Source: an uncultured Chloroflexia bacterium (GTDB lineage: Bacteria > Chloroflexota > Anaerolineae > Anaerolineales > UBA4823). Taken from it: a stretch of DNA of 64,000 nt. The notes under the pieces are model-generated. The model worked only from the letters and a program-made list of their open reading frames with translations, made no database searches and was not told the origin of the DNA. Shown here piece after piece: positions 8,268 through 20,307 of this stretch (within the stretch, counting starts at the first letter, position 1; each line of letters begins with the position of its first letter). Location: NCBI GenBank assembly GCA_963788145.1, contig CAWBFQ010000003.1:219716-283715 (forward strand). Reading direction: 5' to 3'. A program made the position numbers and the translations under genes.

Positions 8268-10793
8268 CTAGTTCCCTCCGGGCCCAACACAAGATGGACA
8301 CCCATCTGTGCATGTGCAGGCAGCTACCAATTCATAGGCAGATCGGATCAACTCGTAATGCATCTCATATAAGCGCTGGCTGAACCCGATCCCGGCTGGG
8401 ATTTGATCATAAACAACCACTGCCGGGCGCCCCAAAGATAGAGGCGATTGCGGGTCAGAATGGACGCCCAGGTCTGCTGTATCGCACATCAAGAATAGAG
8501 GCGCCAGAGTTCCAAGCACATAAGCCAGCCCGACCAAGCCGCTCCGTACCCGCACTACTGCCTCGACCCGGCGATGACAATCTGGACAGAGCGTGACCAG
8601 GTTTTCGAGTACATTTGCCTGGGTGAAGGAGCTAAACATTTTGAAAGGGGTCTTATGATGCACGTGATGGGCGCGCTCCTGTTCGGGAGCGCCGCATACT
8701 TGGCAGCGGTACCCATCTCGTTGACGGGCGCGCTTGCGCTGATTCTCCCATTTGGGGCCATAATCATTCGGATCATTATTCCACAATCCGTCTTCTTTCA
8801 AGCGGGCAACGGTTTGCTCAGAAAGCGTCAGCCAATATCCGGTTGTAAGCAGTTCAACCGGCGGCATATCCAGAGTTTCTAATCCGATGAATTCTTGCGT
8901 CAACCAGCGCATTTTCTTATATCCGGTTACCTGGCTGGTGACAAGATCTCTCCCTGCGATTTTTCTGCTCCGCGAGCCTCTTCGCTCTGGTTCAATTCGA
9001 CCAATTGTACGGTTGTTTCCCGGCGGGGCAGGGTGTAATAATCGGTGTCCATCCGCCGCATGCGAGCCACTTGCTGTTCCAGATCCAATTCTTCCACCAG
9101 ATAGCTTTCAGCTTCGTGCAGGTAAATTGCATTCTGATGAACCATCCAGTGGGCGGAGGCATGATCAATTTGACCCAGTGTGTGCAGAGAGTCATTTTCA
9201 ATTACCTTGAGCAAGACCGGATTCGAGTCCGCGCTGCGCAGAGAGATGGTCTGAGCCGGGTATTGATCCACCATCCAGAAAAACCTGGATCCGGATGAAT
9301 GCAAAATTCCCTCTTCTGTCAGGAAAGTCAGGTATTCTGCCAGCAACCCTGGTTTCGAGCCTCCCAAATGCTTCATCGGACTGAAAAGGTAACTCAAAAG
9401 CAGCGCAGCGCAAATGATCAAGCAGGATTAAGGGATTGTCTGGATTGATCAGAGCTTGCTCTGGTGAGCGATCAAAGAAATATTCTGGATGGGCTGCCAG
9501 GAACTGGTCCAGCGGATCGGCGGCAGCAATCATCACGGATAGTGAGCGCTCTGAACCGCGCCCGGCGCGCCCAGCTTGCTGCCAGGTGGCTGCAATGGTA
9601 CCGGGATAACCAACGAGCAAGGCCGCTCCCATCCCGCCGATATCGATCCCAAGCTCTAGCGCATTTGTGGCAACCACTGCTCGTACAAAACCTTCCCGCA
9701 ACCCGCGTTCCGATTTCCCGCCGTTTCTTGGGTAGATAACCACTGCGATAGCCGCGAATACGCTGCTGGTTTTCCTGTCCGAACGTAAGGCGCGTATTTT
9801 TGAAATATGTCCCGGCAGACTGGCGCAGATAGGAAAGGATGATCTCCACGGTTCGGCGGGAGCGGGCAAACAAAATGGTTTGGACCTGGTAAGTGAGCAG
9901 ATCCTGAGCGAGACGAACGCTCTCTTGCAAAGCGCTGCGCCGCAAGCCAAGCTCTTTTTCGATGACTGGTGGGTTATACAGAATGAAAGTCTTGGGTCCA
10001 CGCCCGGATCCATCCTGATCAATCAGGATCATGTCCAATTCGGTCAGGTTCGAAGCAAGTTCCGTCGGATTGGCGATGGTAGCGGAGGTCAGAATGAATT
10101 GAGGTCGCACCCCATAATATTGGGCAATTCGGATCAATCGACGCAGTACATTCGCGACATGTGACCCGAAAGACTCCCCGGTAAGCATGGGCTTCATCGA
10201 TAATGACATAACGTAATTGGGAGAGAAAATTCATCCAGCGGGTATGGTATGGAAGGATGCCGATATGAAGCATATCCGGATTGGTCATCAGTATGCGCTG
10301 CCGATGAACGGATGGCCTTGCGAGTGCTCGCGGGTGTATCCCCGTCATAAATCGCAAGCTTAGGTATCGGATCGTGGGAGACGCTAGCAGGGAGCTTGTC
10401 TCGATGCTTTTCGATTGCTTTCAATAGACTGGCTAAACTGGCTGCCTGATCCTGAGCGAGCGCTTTGGTAGGGAAAAGATACAGGGCTCGGGCTTCATCA
10501 TCTTTCAGCAGACAGTCCAGCACTGGTAGGTTGTAGCACAGGCTTTTGCCACTAGCTGTGCCGGTAACGACCACCAGGTTTTGCCCGGCCTGGGCGGTTT
10601 CAAAACTGAAAGCCTGATGCGAATACAGCGCATCGATCCCTGCATCTTTCAGAGCGGCGGCGATGGCAGGTTGGAGTTCATTTGGGAATTGGACTGTTTG
10701 GGCTTGCCGGGCTGGTATCTCATGCCAGACCTGAATTGATGCGGCAATCGATGGCTCGCTGCGCCAAAGCTCTAATAAATCAGTTAGTGACAT
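8268..10793 (-). pseudogene. DEAH-box helicase of the MrfA/YprA type (C-terminal DUF1998 zinc module) with an HNH-like insert, interrupted by 5 frameshifts
   Basis: Six ORF-track pieces (10194..10793, 10019..10357, 9472..10209, 9198..10022, 8927..9421, 8268..8912) join into one protein. Motifs seen are [26 protein letters not shown]|[40 protein letters not shown] and CTCTDGCPSCV. The HNH-like block is CQVCG..HVHH..LCPDCH at about 8562-8714. Confidence 0.7.
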
Positions 10794-10796
10794 GCT

Positions 10797-11229
10797 CTAG
10801 GATAACGCCTCAATCGCCAAACGCTTCATGTGCGCCAGGATTGCACTGATCCCATTTAATCGCTGATGGGTCAGAACTTGGTCCAGGCCCATCTGAACGT
10901 AGAAATCATTCGGCGTATTCAGGATTTGCTCTGGTGAAGCGCCGTTCAATCCCTCTGCCATCAGCCCGGCAAAACCACGCACAGTTGGCGATTTCGGACG
11001 GAACATCAAAAAAGAATCTCATCTGCCCTTCTTCAAAGCTAGCATGAATATGGATGGGAGTCATGCATTCCGGGACGGATTCCATTTCCGCAGGAGTCCA
11101 ACTAAACCCTTCCGGCGGCGCAGGCATCTGATCTGCATATTGAAGTAACAACTCCAACTTCTCTCGGCCTTCACTCCACTGAAAATCTTCGATCAATTCT
11201 TTCAAACGGGGGGTATATTCGTTGTCCAT
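10797..11229 (-). pseudogene. sufE: SufE-family sulfur-acceptor protein, one frameshift at an A6 run (11008-11013)
   Basis: The N-terminal piece (from ATG 11229, AGGTGA upstream) reads MDNEYTPRLKELIEDFQW...LLLQYADQMP...VPECMTPIHI. The C-terminal piece, 10797..11009, reads PKSPTVRGFAGLMAEGLNGASPEQIL...SAILAHMKRLA. Removing one T from the T6 run on the coding strand joins the frames. Confidence 0.65.
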
Positions 11230-11277
11230 ATGGATAATCACCTTTACCTGTAATCACCGGTCCTATTTGTGGCAGGA

Positions 11278-14200
11278 TTAATTTACCAGCACGCTGATGG
11301 TTAGGGAATTATCCGTTGGGTCAGGATCGATTTCTGTTGCTTTGATATCGATCACGTTCGTAATTTGCCCGGGCGACGCCGAAGCGCTGACGATGATCTG
11401 TACCTGGACTGAACTGTTGGCCGCCAAATTCCCAAGACCACAAACCACTACACCGCCGCTCTCTTGGCAAATAGGAAAGCCTGGCAGCGAAGAGATAAAC
11501 GTGCTTGTGACGCTCAACGTACTGGTTAGAGTTACTCCGCTGGCTGCGGATGGGCCGCTGTTGCTGATGGTCAATGTATAAGTCAAGGTTTCGCCCATCG
11601 TTACCGAGACCGGCGCAGAGGCTATCAGTCCAAGATTAACTCTTGGGATCACTGTCGTGGTATCTACAGCGCTCTTATTGTTTGTAGCTGGATCAACCGG
11701 AGAAATAAGCGAAACGGTATTACTGATCACGCCACTGGCGTTATCTCGGACGGTCGCATTGATTGTGAAAGTAGCGGTCCCCCCTGGGTTCAAGCTGACT
11801 TGGGAGTTAATATTCCCCGATTGAATCCCGGAGGCAGAGCAACTCGAACCGGTCGTCCCTGCGCAGGTCCAGGCGATATTTTTCAATTGAGCGGGAAAAT
11901 TATCTTGTACACTGATACTACTTACAGCGCTGGGGCCGTTGTTAAATACGATGATCGCGTATTCCAATACCTGCCCGGGAAAGACGGTTTCATGATTATC
12001 TGTCTTGCTGAGCGAGAGTGCTGCACGTGGAATCAAGGTATCTGTATCAGTCGCCTGGTTATCGGTTGGATTAATTTCAATCAGGTTTGCCGGTGTAACC
12101 ACTCGAGCGGTGTTTGCTAGCGTACCGGTGCTGCTAGGCGTGATGCTCCCATTAGCTGTCAGGGTCGCCGTTCCGTTCACGGATAGATCCACCAGGGCGT
12201 TGATATTACCGATTCCGTTGGGCGTCAGGCAGCGTGAGCCAGGCGAGGCAGTGCAAGTCCATGTGACGTTAGTCAAATTGGATGGGAATTGGTCCACAAC
12301 CTGGGCGTTCGCTGCGACCCCCGGCCCCTTATTTGAGACCAGGATTGAATAGATGGTGGTTGTGCCTGGAGTAGAATTCGTCTGGCCATTGCTGATGCTG
12401 ATCGTCAGATCAATATTGTTTGCGGTTGGGGACAGCGTAGGTGTGCTTGTCCGCGTCGGGGTCGCTGATTGCGGCGGTCTGGGTGTGGCGGTCGGGAGAT
12501 AAATAATCGCGGTGCGAGTTGGCGCCTGGAGCGGATTTCGGGTCGATGGCGTCGTTGAGACCATCGCCATCAGTGTCTTTTTGAAGCGGGTCGGTCCCTC
12601 GTTGCACCTCAACGCCATCTTGTAGGCCATCACCATCTGTGTCGACTAACAGCGGATTAGTCTTCCATGTCAGTACTTCTACACCATCATTCAGCCCATC
12701 TTGATCTGAATCGGGAATATTTGGGTAAGTTCCAGCGAGGTATTCAAGGTTATTCGTCAGCCCATCCTGATCATCATCCTGGGCTAGCCAGACAGAGGTT
12801 GCTGTGGCAGCCTGTAATGTGGCCAGGTTTGCCCCATCCAGGGATTGGGAGGTAGCAGTCCGCAGAGATATTGCGGTTTCGGTGAATTCGGCTATCTCCG
12901 TTCGGCCAGCCTGAGCGGTCTGATCTGCCCTTCGAACCGGGAATGTGATCTGGTTAATCAAAATACAAAGCACACACGCCAGAAGAATGGCCAGCAGCGC
13001 CAGTGCGATCGGCGCCCAGGGTTGCACGATTCCCTTACTAATATATTCGCCCTGGTGGGTTTCCGTTTGGCCACCCTGTGAACTGACATGTGCTTTGAAT
13101 GGATGGGTTGCATCACTGCCTATGATTTCGAGGTCGTAATAGAGATGGTCGGTATTCGATCACGGCTGATTTTCCGATCTGCAGATTGATTTTCATCTGC
13201 GGCGGCTCAAAAACCAGTCCGTGCGATCGATCCTCCCAGATTATGGAGAATGTATCCGGCAGATTGCCGCGGTTGTGCACATACACCTGCCCGATGTCGT
13301 TCGCCCGTAATTGGGTTGGACGCAATTCGCTCGCGAAGAGTGAAAAGGCAGTGACTGTGAGAGTAGGGCGCAACTCTACCAGTTGATTAGTGGAATTCTG
13401 GCTGGCAATTCGAATGACTAACCCATATCGGCCAGCTTTCACCAGGGGTGAGCGCGGCGGTCGGATAATCACACGCGCTTCCTTTTGGCTATTCGAAGGG
13501 ATGCGCACAGGTTGGGGTGGGTTTGGCATCCATTCATGTGGGATCCCCTGGATCGAGATCAGAAAAGAATCGCTCGCCAAGCCGCGATTAAAGATCAGAA
13601 TTGGGATTTCTACGCTTGCCCCTGGAGCAACAGAGACGCTCAAGGATTTAGAAAAAGCTCCAACCCATCCCAACCCCTGGCTGCGCATCACCTGGCTGGA
13701 ATTGATTGGCGTGCCATCGGGTCCAATGAAGACCTCATCAGTATCCGGTAAATTCTGATTGAGGTGCGCTGAAGCAAATTTCGTGGAGATTTCGTTCGGG
13801 AGTACTGCCTGGGTTGTCCTGTTCTGCGAAAAGCGCTCAATCCGCAGCCATGCCTCGCCAATGCGCATATTCTCGCCAGGCAGCCAGATTTGAGGCTTGT
13901 CTGGAACCAAGCGATTTTGTTCCATGTAGGTGCCGTTCAGGCTGTTGAGATCGCGTACGATATAATTCTGTCCGTCGGAATCGATCCGGGCATGGTTGCG
14001 TGAAATACCTGCCAGGTCAAGCGGAATATCATTCTCTTTTCCGCGCCCGATGCTCAAGCCTTTAGGCTTCATTTTGTAGCCGCGCACGCTTTTATCGGGC
14101 ATTAAGACGTAAACTGTATCCGCCTCATTATTGGTAGGTGAGACGGCTGACCCCATATTTGCTGCCAGGGCTGCCACCTCCGTCTGCTGTTGTTTTTGAC

Positions 14201-15107
14201 CCTTCCGGTCGCGTTCAAGAAAGGTGGACAACTGGCTGATTCGTCCTAATCCAGATGGAGCGCTTTCTGCAGTCGCAACATGCGTTTGGATATGGTTTAA
14301 CGCGGTTGCCATCTCGTTCGCGCGACCGAACCGGTCAAGCGGGTTAGGTGAAAGCGCTTTGAGTATGATTTTCTCTAACCCCTCATGCAGGTCATGGTGA
14401 AGCAGGTGCGGCGGGACGACTTGTGGTGGGCCGGAGGATGAATGAGTTTGCGGTGCAGGCGGTTGACCGGTGGATAACTCATACAGAATTGCCCCGAGCG
14501 AATATATATCCACGCTGCCGGTGATATTTATTCCCCGGATAGCCTCCGGTGAACGATAAGCGGGCGAAGACGACATCGCCCCCGATCTGATTAGCCCGGT
14601 CCGAATAATGACTGGCTGATATGGAAGGTTTTCAACTGATTCGGTTTTAAAGAAAATATTGCCCGGATGCAAATCGCCATGAAAGATGCCGCGTTGGTGA
14701 CTGAATTCGATTGCCATGCATAGTTCAATAACCAGCAAGGTCGCTTCTTGTAATCTGAGCCAGCAATCGGCTAAGTGCATTTCTTGTTGGATTTGCAGAA
14801 GGTTTGGCGGAGGGATAAACTCCTGTATAAAAAAGGTTTGCCCAACACCGCTCTGATTTGAAGACAGGTCGTTGACATATAATCCCAAGTCGAACAACCT
14901 GGCCAATCCAGCATGGCGCCAACTAATTATAGCACGCGCTGATTGGATGATCTCGTCCCCTTCAACCAATACATCTTTGATCAGATAGATTGTTACATTG
15001 CGATCAAATTTTGGATCGAATGCTTGATATACCGCAACTGCCGCATCTTCTTCGAGAAGCGCAATGATTTTGTAGCGATCGATTGTCTGACCGATATTCT
15101 TCTGCAT
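11278..15107 (-). pseudogene. Receptor-like Ser/Thr pseudokinase with FHA, TM helix, thrombospondin-type-3 repeats and DUF11 repeats, broken by 2 frame shifts
   Basis: Three pieces join.
- 13113..15248 holds the kinase-like fold, the FHA domain (IGRGKEND...SRNHARI...LNSLNGTY) and beta-rich modules. I moved the start to ATG 15107, behind GGAGG.
- 12410..13027 holds a TM helix and DxDxDG repeats.
- 11278..12636 holds DUF11-type repeats (IYSILVSNKGPGVAANAQVVDQFP).
- The junction peptide GSDATHPFKAHV parallels GGQKTYPFTAQV in the neighbouring paralogue.

Catalytic residues are degenerate. The G-loop reads EEDAAV, the VAIK Lys is Tyr (TIYLI), the catalytic loop reads HGDLHPGN, and DFG is RTG. Confidence 0.65.
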
Positions 15108-15163
15108 GGAATTCCTCCGGGAGCGACGCTTTGGAAGTAGGATGTACCATATTACCTTCCTTC

Positions 15164-18100
15164 CTAAGGGATGAGCGCCTCCAGCACGTTTACAAGAATC
15201 CGTTGCCCTTTTCCGGTCATCGCAGAGGGGAGGCCATCGAAGCCCCACAGGAAATATCTTTCAGCCTCGCGGATCAAAGGGTAATATTCCGGGCTGCCCG
15301 GGATGTTCGCAACGATTTCCACGCCCGCGACCGGGGATGGATAATGGATGCCCACGTAATTGCTGTTGCTATCATAGAGCGAGATATCCTGGCTTCCGGG
15401 AATTGCCACGTTATATGGGTCATTCCAATAGTTCTGACCGGGATTTAGGATGTGAATGTCTTTTTGATCGCCATGTGCGCCATTGCCCCACCCGATCGTC
15501 AGGGTGAGTTTTCCGAAAAAGGCATAGCCTCCTTCTCCTAATCCCAGGATCGGTTTCCCGGTCGCCTGAATTTGAGCGGCTGTAGAGCCAGCGCCATCCG
15601 CCCAGGTTGAGGTACTACCGGTGTCTCGCCCGATGAGGATCACTTTATATGGACCGAAATCCGTCGCAAAGATATCGGATTGCAAGATCAGATCCACCAA
15701 GTAACCCTGCGTCTGTAGATAAGATCTAAAGTCGTTGGCTGCGCCAGGGTCTACGCTGTAGATATATGCCACTCGCTTGATTGCCTGGGCAGTGAGCGTG
15801 GCTGCCTGGGCGGCAGAGGCGGTCTGGGCGGCAGCCGCGGTCAATTGGGCAGCCATTTGGGCGGTAGCCTGCTGCGCAAGGGCGGTTTGGGTCGCAGCAG
15901 CCTGCAGGGTGGCCTGGTTGGCTGCCTGAATGGTCGCTTGCAGATCTGCAGTCGCAGTGGATGTCAGTATTGGGGCCGGATCCTGAGGATCAGGGATGCC
16001 ATCACCGTCCGAATCCGGGTTGAGTGGATTCATCCCTCGTGAAATCTCTTCCCCATCTTTGATCCCATCTGCATCTGAGTCGGGATTGAGCGGATCTGTT
16101 TTGCGACAATTCACTTCTTCGCCATCATCCAGACCATCTTCGTCTGTGTCTCGCTTGGCGGGCAGTGTGTTTAAGAAATCTCTTCGCGATTCGATAGGCC
16201 GTCTTTGTCATCGTCGGATTCAAGCCAAGCAGATGTGGCGGTTGCTGCATCCATTGTAGATTGCTGAGCGTTCTCCAAAGCTGAAGCGGTCATCGTGCTG
16301 CTGTCTTTTGTTTCTTGAATGACCATGGCGAGTTCGGTCAGAATGGCTGCCGAAGTTTGCGTCTTAACCCCGATCCCATCATCGCTGATTGGCCAAATCA
16401 ATTGGGTGGACAAGAAGAGACCCATGATGATCAATCCCAGACAGGTGATGATTAAGATGGAAATGAGCCAGAAGGGGATGCTGCCGCGCGTACTAAGCTC
16501 CGCCTGGTGGTTTTGCGGCCGACCAAGAGCAGGTTTGACCTGGGCAGTGAATGGATAAGTCTTCTGACCTCCTAGCAAAGCGGTCTGACGCAGCTTAACT
16601 TGAAATTCAGCCACGCTTAATTCGCCATTGGGTATATTCAAACGGAGCTGCGGAGGCGTAAAAACCAGTTTTCCAGACGGATCCCCCCAGTGTATCGAAA
16701 AATCTTCGGGCGCGTTGCCCTGGTTTTTGATTGTAATCCGCCCGATTTGAGCGGAGTGCAGATGATTAGGTGTAAGATCGCTGCTGAATTGACTGTATGC
16801 AGAGATTGTGAGGTTTAAACCGGCTTCGATCCCTTTTGTCGGGTTTCTCTGGCTGCTAGCCAGAATCGAAACTGGATAATGGCCGGCTCTGGTTTGTGGG
16901 GAGACTGGCGGCTTGATCGTGATGGCGATGGTTTTTTGTTCGCCTGGAACCAATAAGATCGGATGTACCGCTAGATGCCCCCATGCCGCTGGCAGCCCTG
17001 TGATGACCAGGCTGACAGTGTCTTCGTTCGCCCCAAGATTCTGGATGGTCATTTGCAGGGTATAACTCTGTCCAGGATCCAGGTTGACCTGGGTATCATC
17101 CAGATTGATGGACAGATGTGATTCGTCTGCTCCAGCGCTGAAACCCCGTTCCTGCTCCCCATTTCGGATTGTTGTTTCCGTTGTCTCCGGGCTGACGAGC
17201 AATAAACGAAACCAGGTCTCACCAACCCGCAGCGCTTTCTCAGGCAGCCAGATCTCCGGTATGCCGGGTAGAAGACGTTTATTGGACAGGTAGGTGCCGT
17301 TTGTGCTGTTCAGGTCTACTACATGATAGTGGGCGCCGGAATATTCCACTCGGGTGTGATGGCGGGAGGTTTTATTGTCATCGAGCACAATGTCGTTATC
17401 TGGGTCGCGCCCGATCATCATGGTTGGCCGTTTCACCCGCACGGAGCGGGTGGTTTTGTCTCTGCCAAGCACTTGAATGCGGTCTTGCGGCAGCTCAACC
17501 GGAATTTGAAACTCCTCCAGGATCGAAATGCCACGTTGAACGACAAGGCTTTGCTGGTATTGGGTGAACAGGCTGATCGCCCCCTGAAATGGGCTGGGTG
17601 CTGAATGTACAGTTTGGGTGGAATGGGATACCTTTTTTAACGCCTCGGCCAATGCGGCGGCTGTCGGAAAGCGATTCTTAGGCTCTTTTTCCATACAGGT
17701 CAGGATGATCCGTTCCAACTCAATCGGGAGATCCTCTCGCAGAGAGCGCGGCGGCGGAGGTGGTGTTTGGACGTGGTATTGGATCGCCTCTGGCAGGTTA
17801 CGGGCTGGGAATGGCAGCTTTCCGGTTGCAAGCTCGAATAACAAAACGCCTAACGAGTAGACATCGCTGCGAGCATCCGTAGTCTGCCCGAGCGCCTGCT
17901 CGGGGGACATATACGCCGGAGTGCCCATCGATGCGCCATCCTGAGTGAGCACGCCGCCTTCAGCCAGCTTTGCCAGGCCCAAATCCGTTACAATTGGCCG
18001 ATAAGGCAGTCCGTTGGAAGGCTCTGGCTCGATCATGATATTCCCGGGTTTAATATCTCGATGTAAAACTCCCTGGCGATGGGCGTAATCCAGTGCGGAT

Positions 18101-18471
18101 GCCACCTGTTGGATAACCCCGACAGCTTCATTGAGTAAGATCCACTTGCCTTCCACTCGCAGGTCGCGCAGCATTTTTTCCAGGTTGTCGCCTGGGATAA
18201 ATTTCATCACAATGTAAAGATACGAGCGGTCCTGGCCAAAATCGAATACCTGGACGATATTCGAATGATCCAACTTGGCAGTCGTACGCGCTTCTTGCAG
18301 AAAACGTTCCTGGAAATCGGACTGGTGCGCAAAGTGGGCATGCATCACCTTAATCGCAATATCGCGCTGCAAGGTGAGATCATGCGCCTTGAACACTGCC
18401 CCCATGCCGCCCTCGCCGAGCAAGCTGATAATTTTATAGCGGTTCAGGGTATAACCGATGAGTTGTTCCAT
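15164..18471 (-). pseudogene. Receptor-like Ser/Thr protein kinase with FHA, TM helix, thrombospondin-type-3 repeats and an unknown C-terminal ectodomain, broken by 1 frame shift near 16165
   Basis: 16171..18471 has canonical Hanks motifs (GEGGMGAVFKA, AIKVM, HRDIKPGN, DLGLA, PAYMSPE), an FHA domain (IGRDPDND...SRHHTRV...LNSTNGTY) and a TM helix (FWLISILIITCLGLIIMGLF). After ...DDDKDGLSNREE the reading continues in another frame as FLNTLPAKRDTDEDGLDDGEEVNCRKTDPLNPDSDADG, which runs into ORF 15164..16114. Confidence 0.7.
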
Positions 18472-18663
18472 CCAGGTAATCCTCTATTCGCTAGAGACGA
18501 ATTTCCTGCAAAATTAGTTTCAAGAATCCGTATTGAACCCTGCTCTGTCCGAATAAGAGTATAACCCAAGACAAGGTGGAAATGAAGTGTTGTTACAAAG
18601 ATTAAAACATTGAAATACCCAGAACTCAATTGCCAAGAGATCTGCGTCAGAGGATCAAACCGA

Positions 18664-20272
18664 TCAGGCACGGCGCGCGATTTGATATAGCTCTTCGTAG
18701 AGGGGCTGGAGTTGATGATACATCTTCAGGTAGACTCTATGGTAGAACTCATCATAAATCTTGGTAGTAGCAGAATTTGGTTCGAAGATTTCGCCGATGT
18801 GAGACATCTCTCGGACTGCTGTCTGAAAATCAGGGTGCAACTTAAGCCCAACAGATGCGTCAATTGCTGCGCCTAGTCCAGAAGCTTCATAGACGTGTGG
18901 GCGGGAGGTAGGCAGCCCAAAGATATCTGCGCTGATTTGCATGGCTGCATTGCTCTGGCTGCCGCCGCCGACGATCCTTAATTCTGTGATATCCACACCG
19001 CTCCGTTTCTTGGTCCGTTCTGCTCCCTCTCGTAGCGAATAAGCCAGCCCCTCCAGGATCGCCCGGTATAAATGGGCGCGAGTGTGCACATCGCCAAACC
19101 CGATCACCGCGCCTCTTGCTTCGGGTCCGGGGACCTTCAAGCCAGGAGACCAGTAAGGTTGCAGAATCAAACCATCCGACCCAGCGGGTACTTGCGCTAC
19201 CAGCCGGTCAAAAAGCGCTTCAGGTTCTTCCCCAAGCTGCTCCGCCAAGCGCTGCTCATGCAGCCCGAATTCATGTTTAAACCAACTCACCATCCAGAAA
19301 CCGCGATAGATTTGGAATTCAACGCTATAGGCATTCGGTACTGCTGCAGGGTAGGGGGGAATCGAGAGGAATGACCTCGATATACTTGCGGTGGGTGGTA
19401 TTTATTGTTGCCGTCGTGCCATAGCTGATACAGCCGATTTCAGGCTCCAGGCAGCCGGCTCCAATGACTTCGCAGGCTTTGTCGGATGCGGCTGCGACCA
19501 GCGGAAGTCCGACCGGAATGCCAGATTGCTCGGAGGCTTCGGAACTGATCTCACCCAGGATTGATGCAGGCGGCTGAAGATCCACCAGTATGGAGCGATC
19601 AATCGGCAGGATTTGCCATTTCCAATCCCAGCGGGAGGCCCAGCGCAATTTCTGATAATCGAAGGGCATATAACCAACCTGACTGCCGATCGAATCAACC
19701 AGGTTTCCAGTCAAACGATAGATCAAATAACCGGAGAGATAGACATATTTATAGGTTTCTTGCCAAATTTCAGGTTGGTAGGTGTACAGCCAGTTGGCTT
19801 CTGCCTCCGCCTGTAGATAGGCCACTGTGCGAGACATACCCGCAAGGCGGAACGCCAACCCCCATAATCCTCCCAAGGGCTTCAAGCCTTCTGTGCGGCG
19901 CTGGTCCAGCCAGACAATTGCCGGACGAAGAGGCTGACCATTTTTATCCAGGTTAATTAAAGTCGAGCGCTGAGTGGTTAATGTGACCCCGGCAATTCTG
20001 TCTTTGGATAAACCTTCGTCTGAACTCTCGCCCAGTTTAGGCCATAATTCCTGGCAGGCCGCACAGAGGGAATCCCAAAAAACCTGTGGCTGTTGTTCTG
20101 CTAGGCCGGGCGTGGTCGAAAAATATGGCTCTATAGGGACGCGTGATTTCGCTAACAATGTCCCTTTCAAATCAAATAGCAGAGCGCGCACACTTTGGGT
20201 GCCGTTATCGATAGCCAGGATGAGGTCCCGTTCTGGTGCGACATTCTTTTTACCGGTGATTGAGCTGGTCAC
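18664..20272 (-). pseudogene. FGGY-family carbohydrate kinase (xylulokinase/glycerol-kinase-like), one frameshift in a G6 run (19354-19359)
   Basis: The N-terminal piece 19325..20272 ([18 protein letters not shown]) and the C-terminal piece 18664..19293 (...LRIVGGGSQSNAAMQISADIFGLP) join if one C is dropped from the C6 run on the coding strand. The joined reading is ...[31 protein letters not shown]. Confidence 0.75.
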
Positions 20273-20307
20273 GGTTCACCTCGTTATTTGGTAGAATTTT
20301 GGCTGGA

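Noticed and set aside
8268-10793. Helicase plus DUF1998 read as a DISARM-like defence island
   Set aside because: The helicase and zinc module are fused as in MrfA/YprA repair helicases. The neighbours are sufE and a LysM protein. No methyltransferase, PLD or other defence partners are adjacent.
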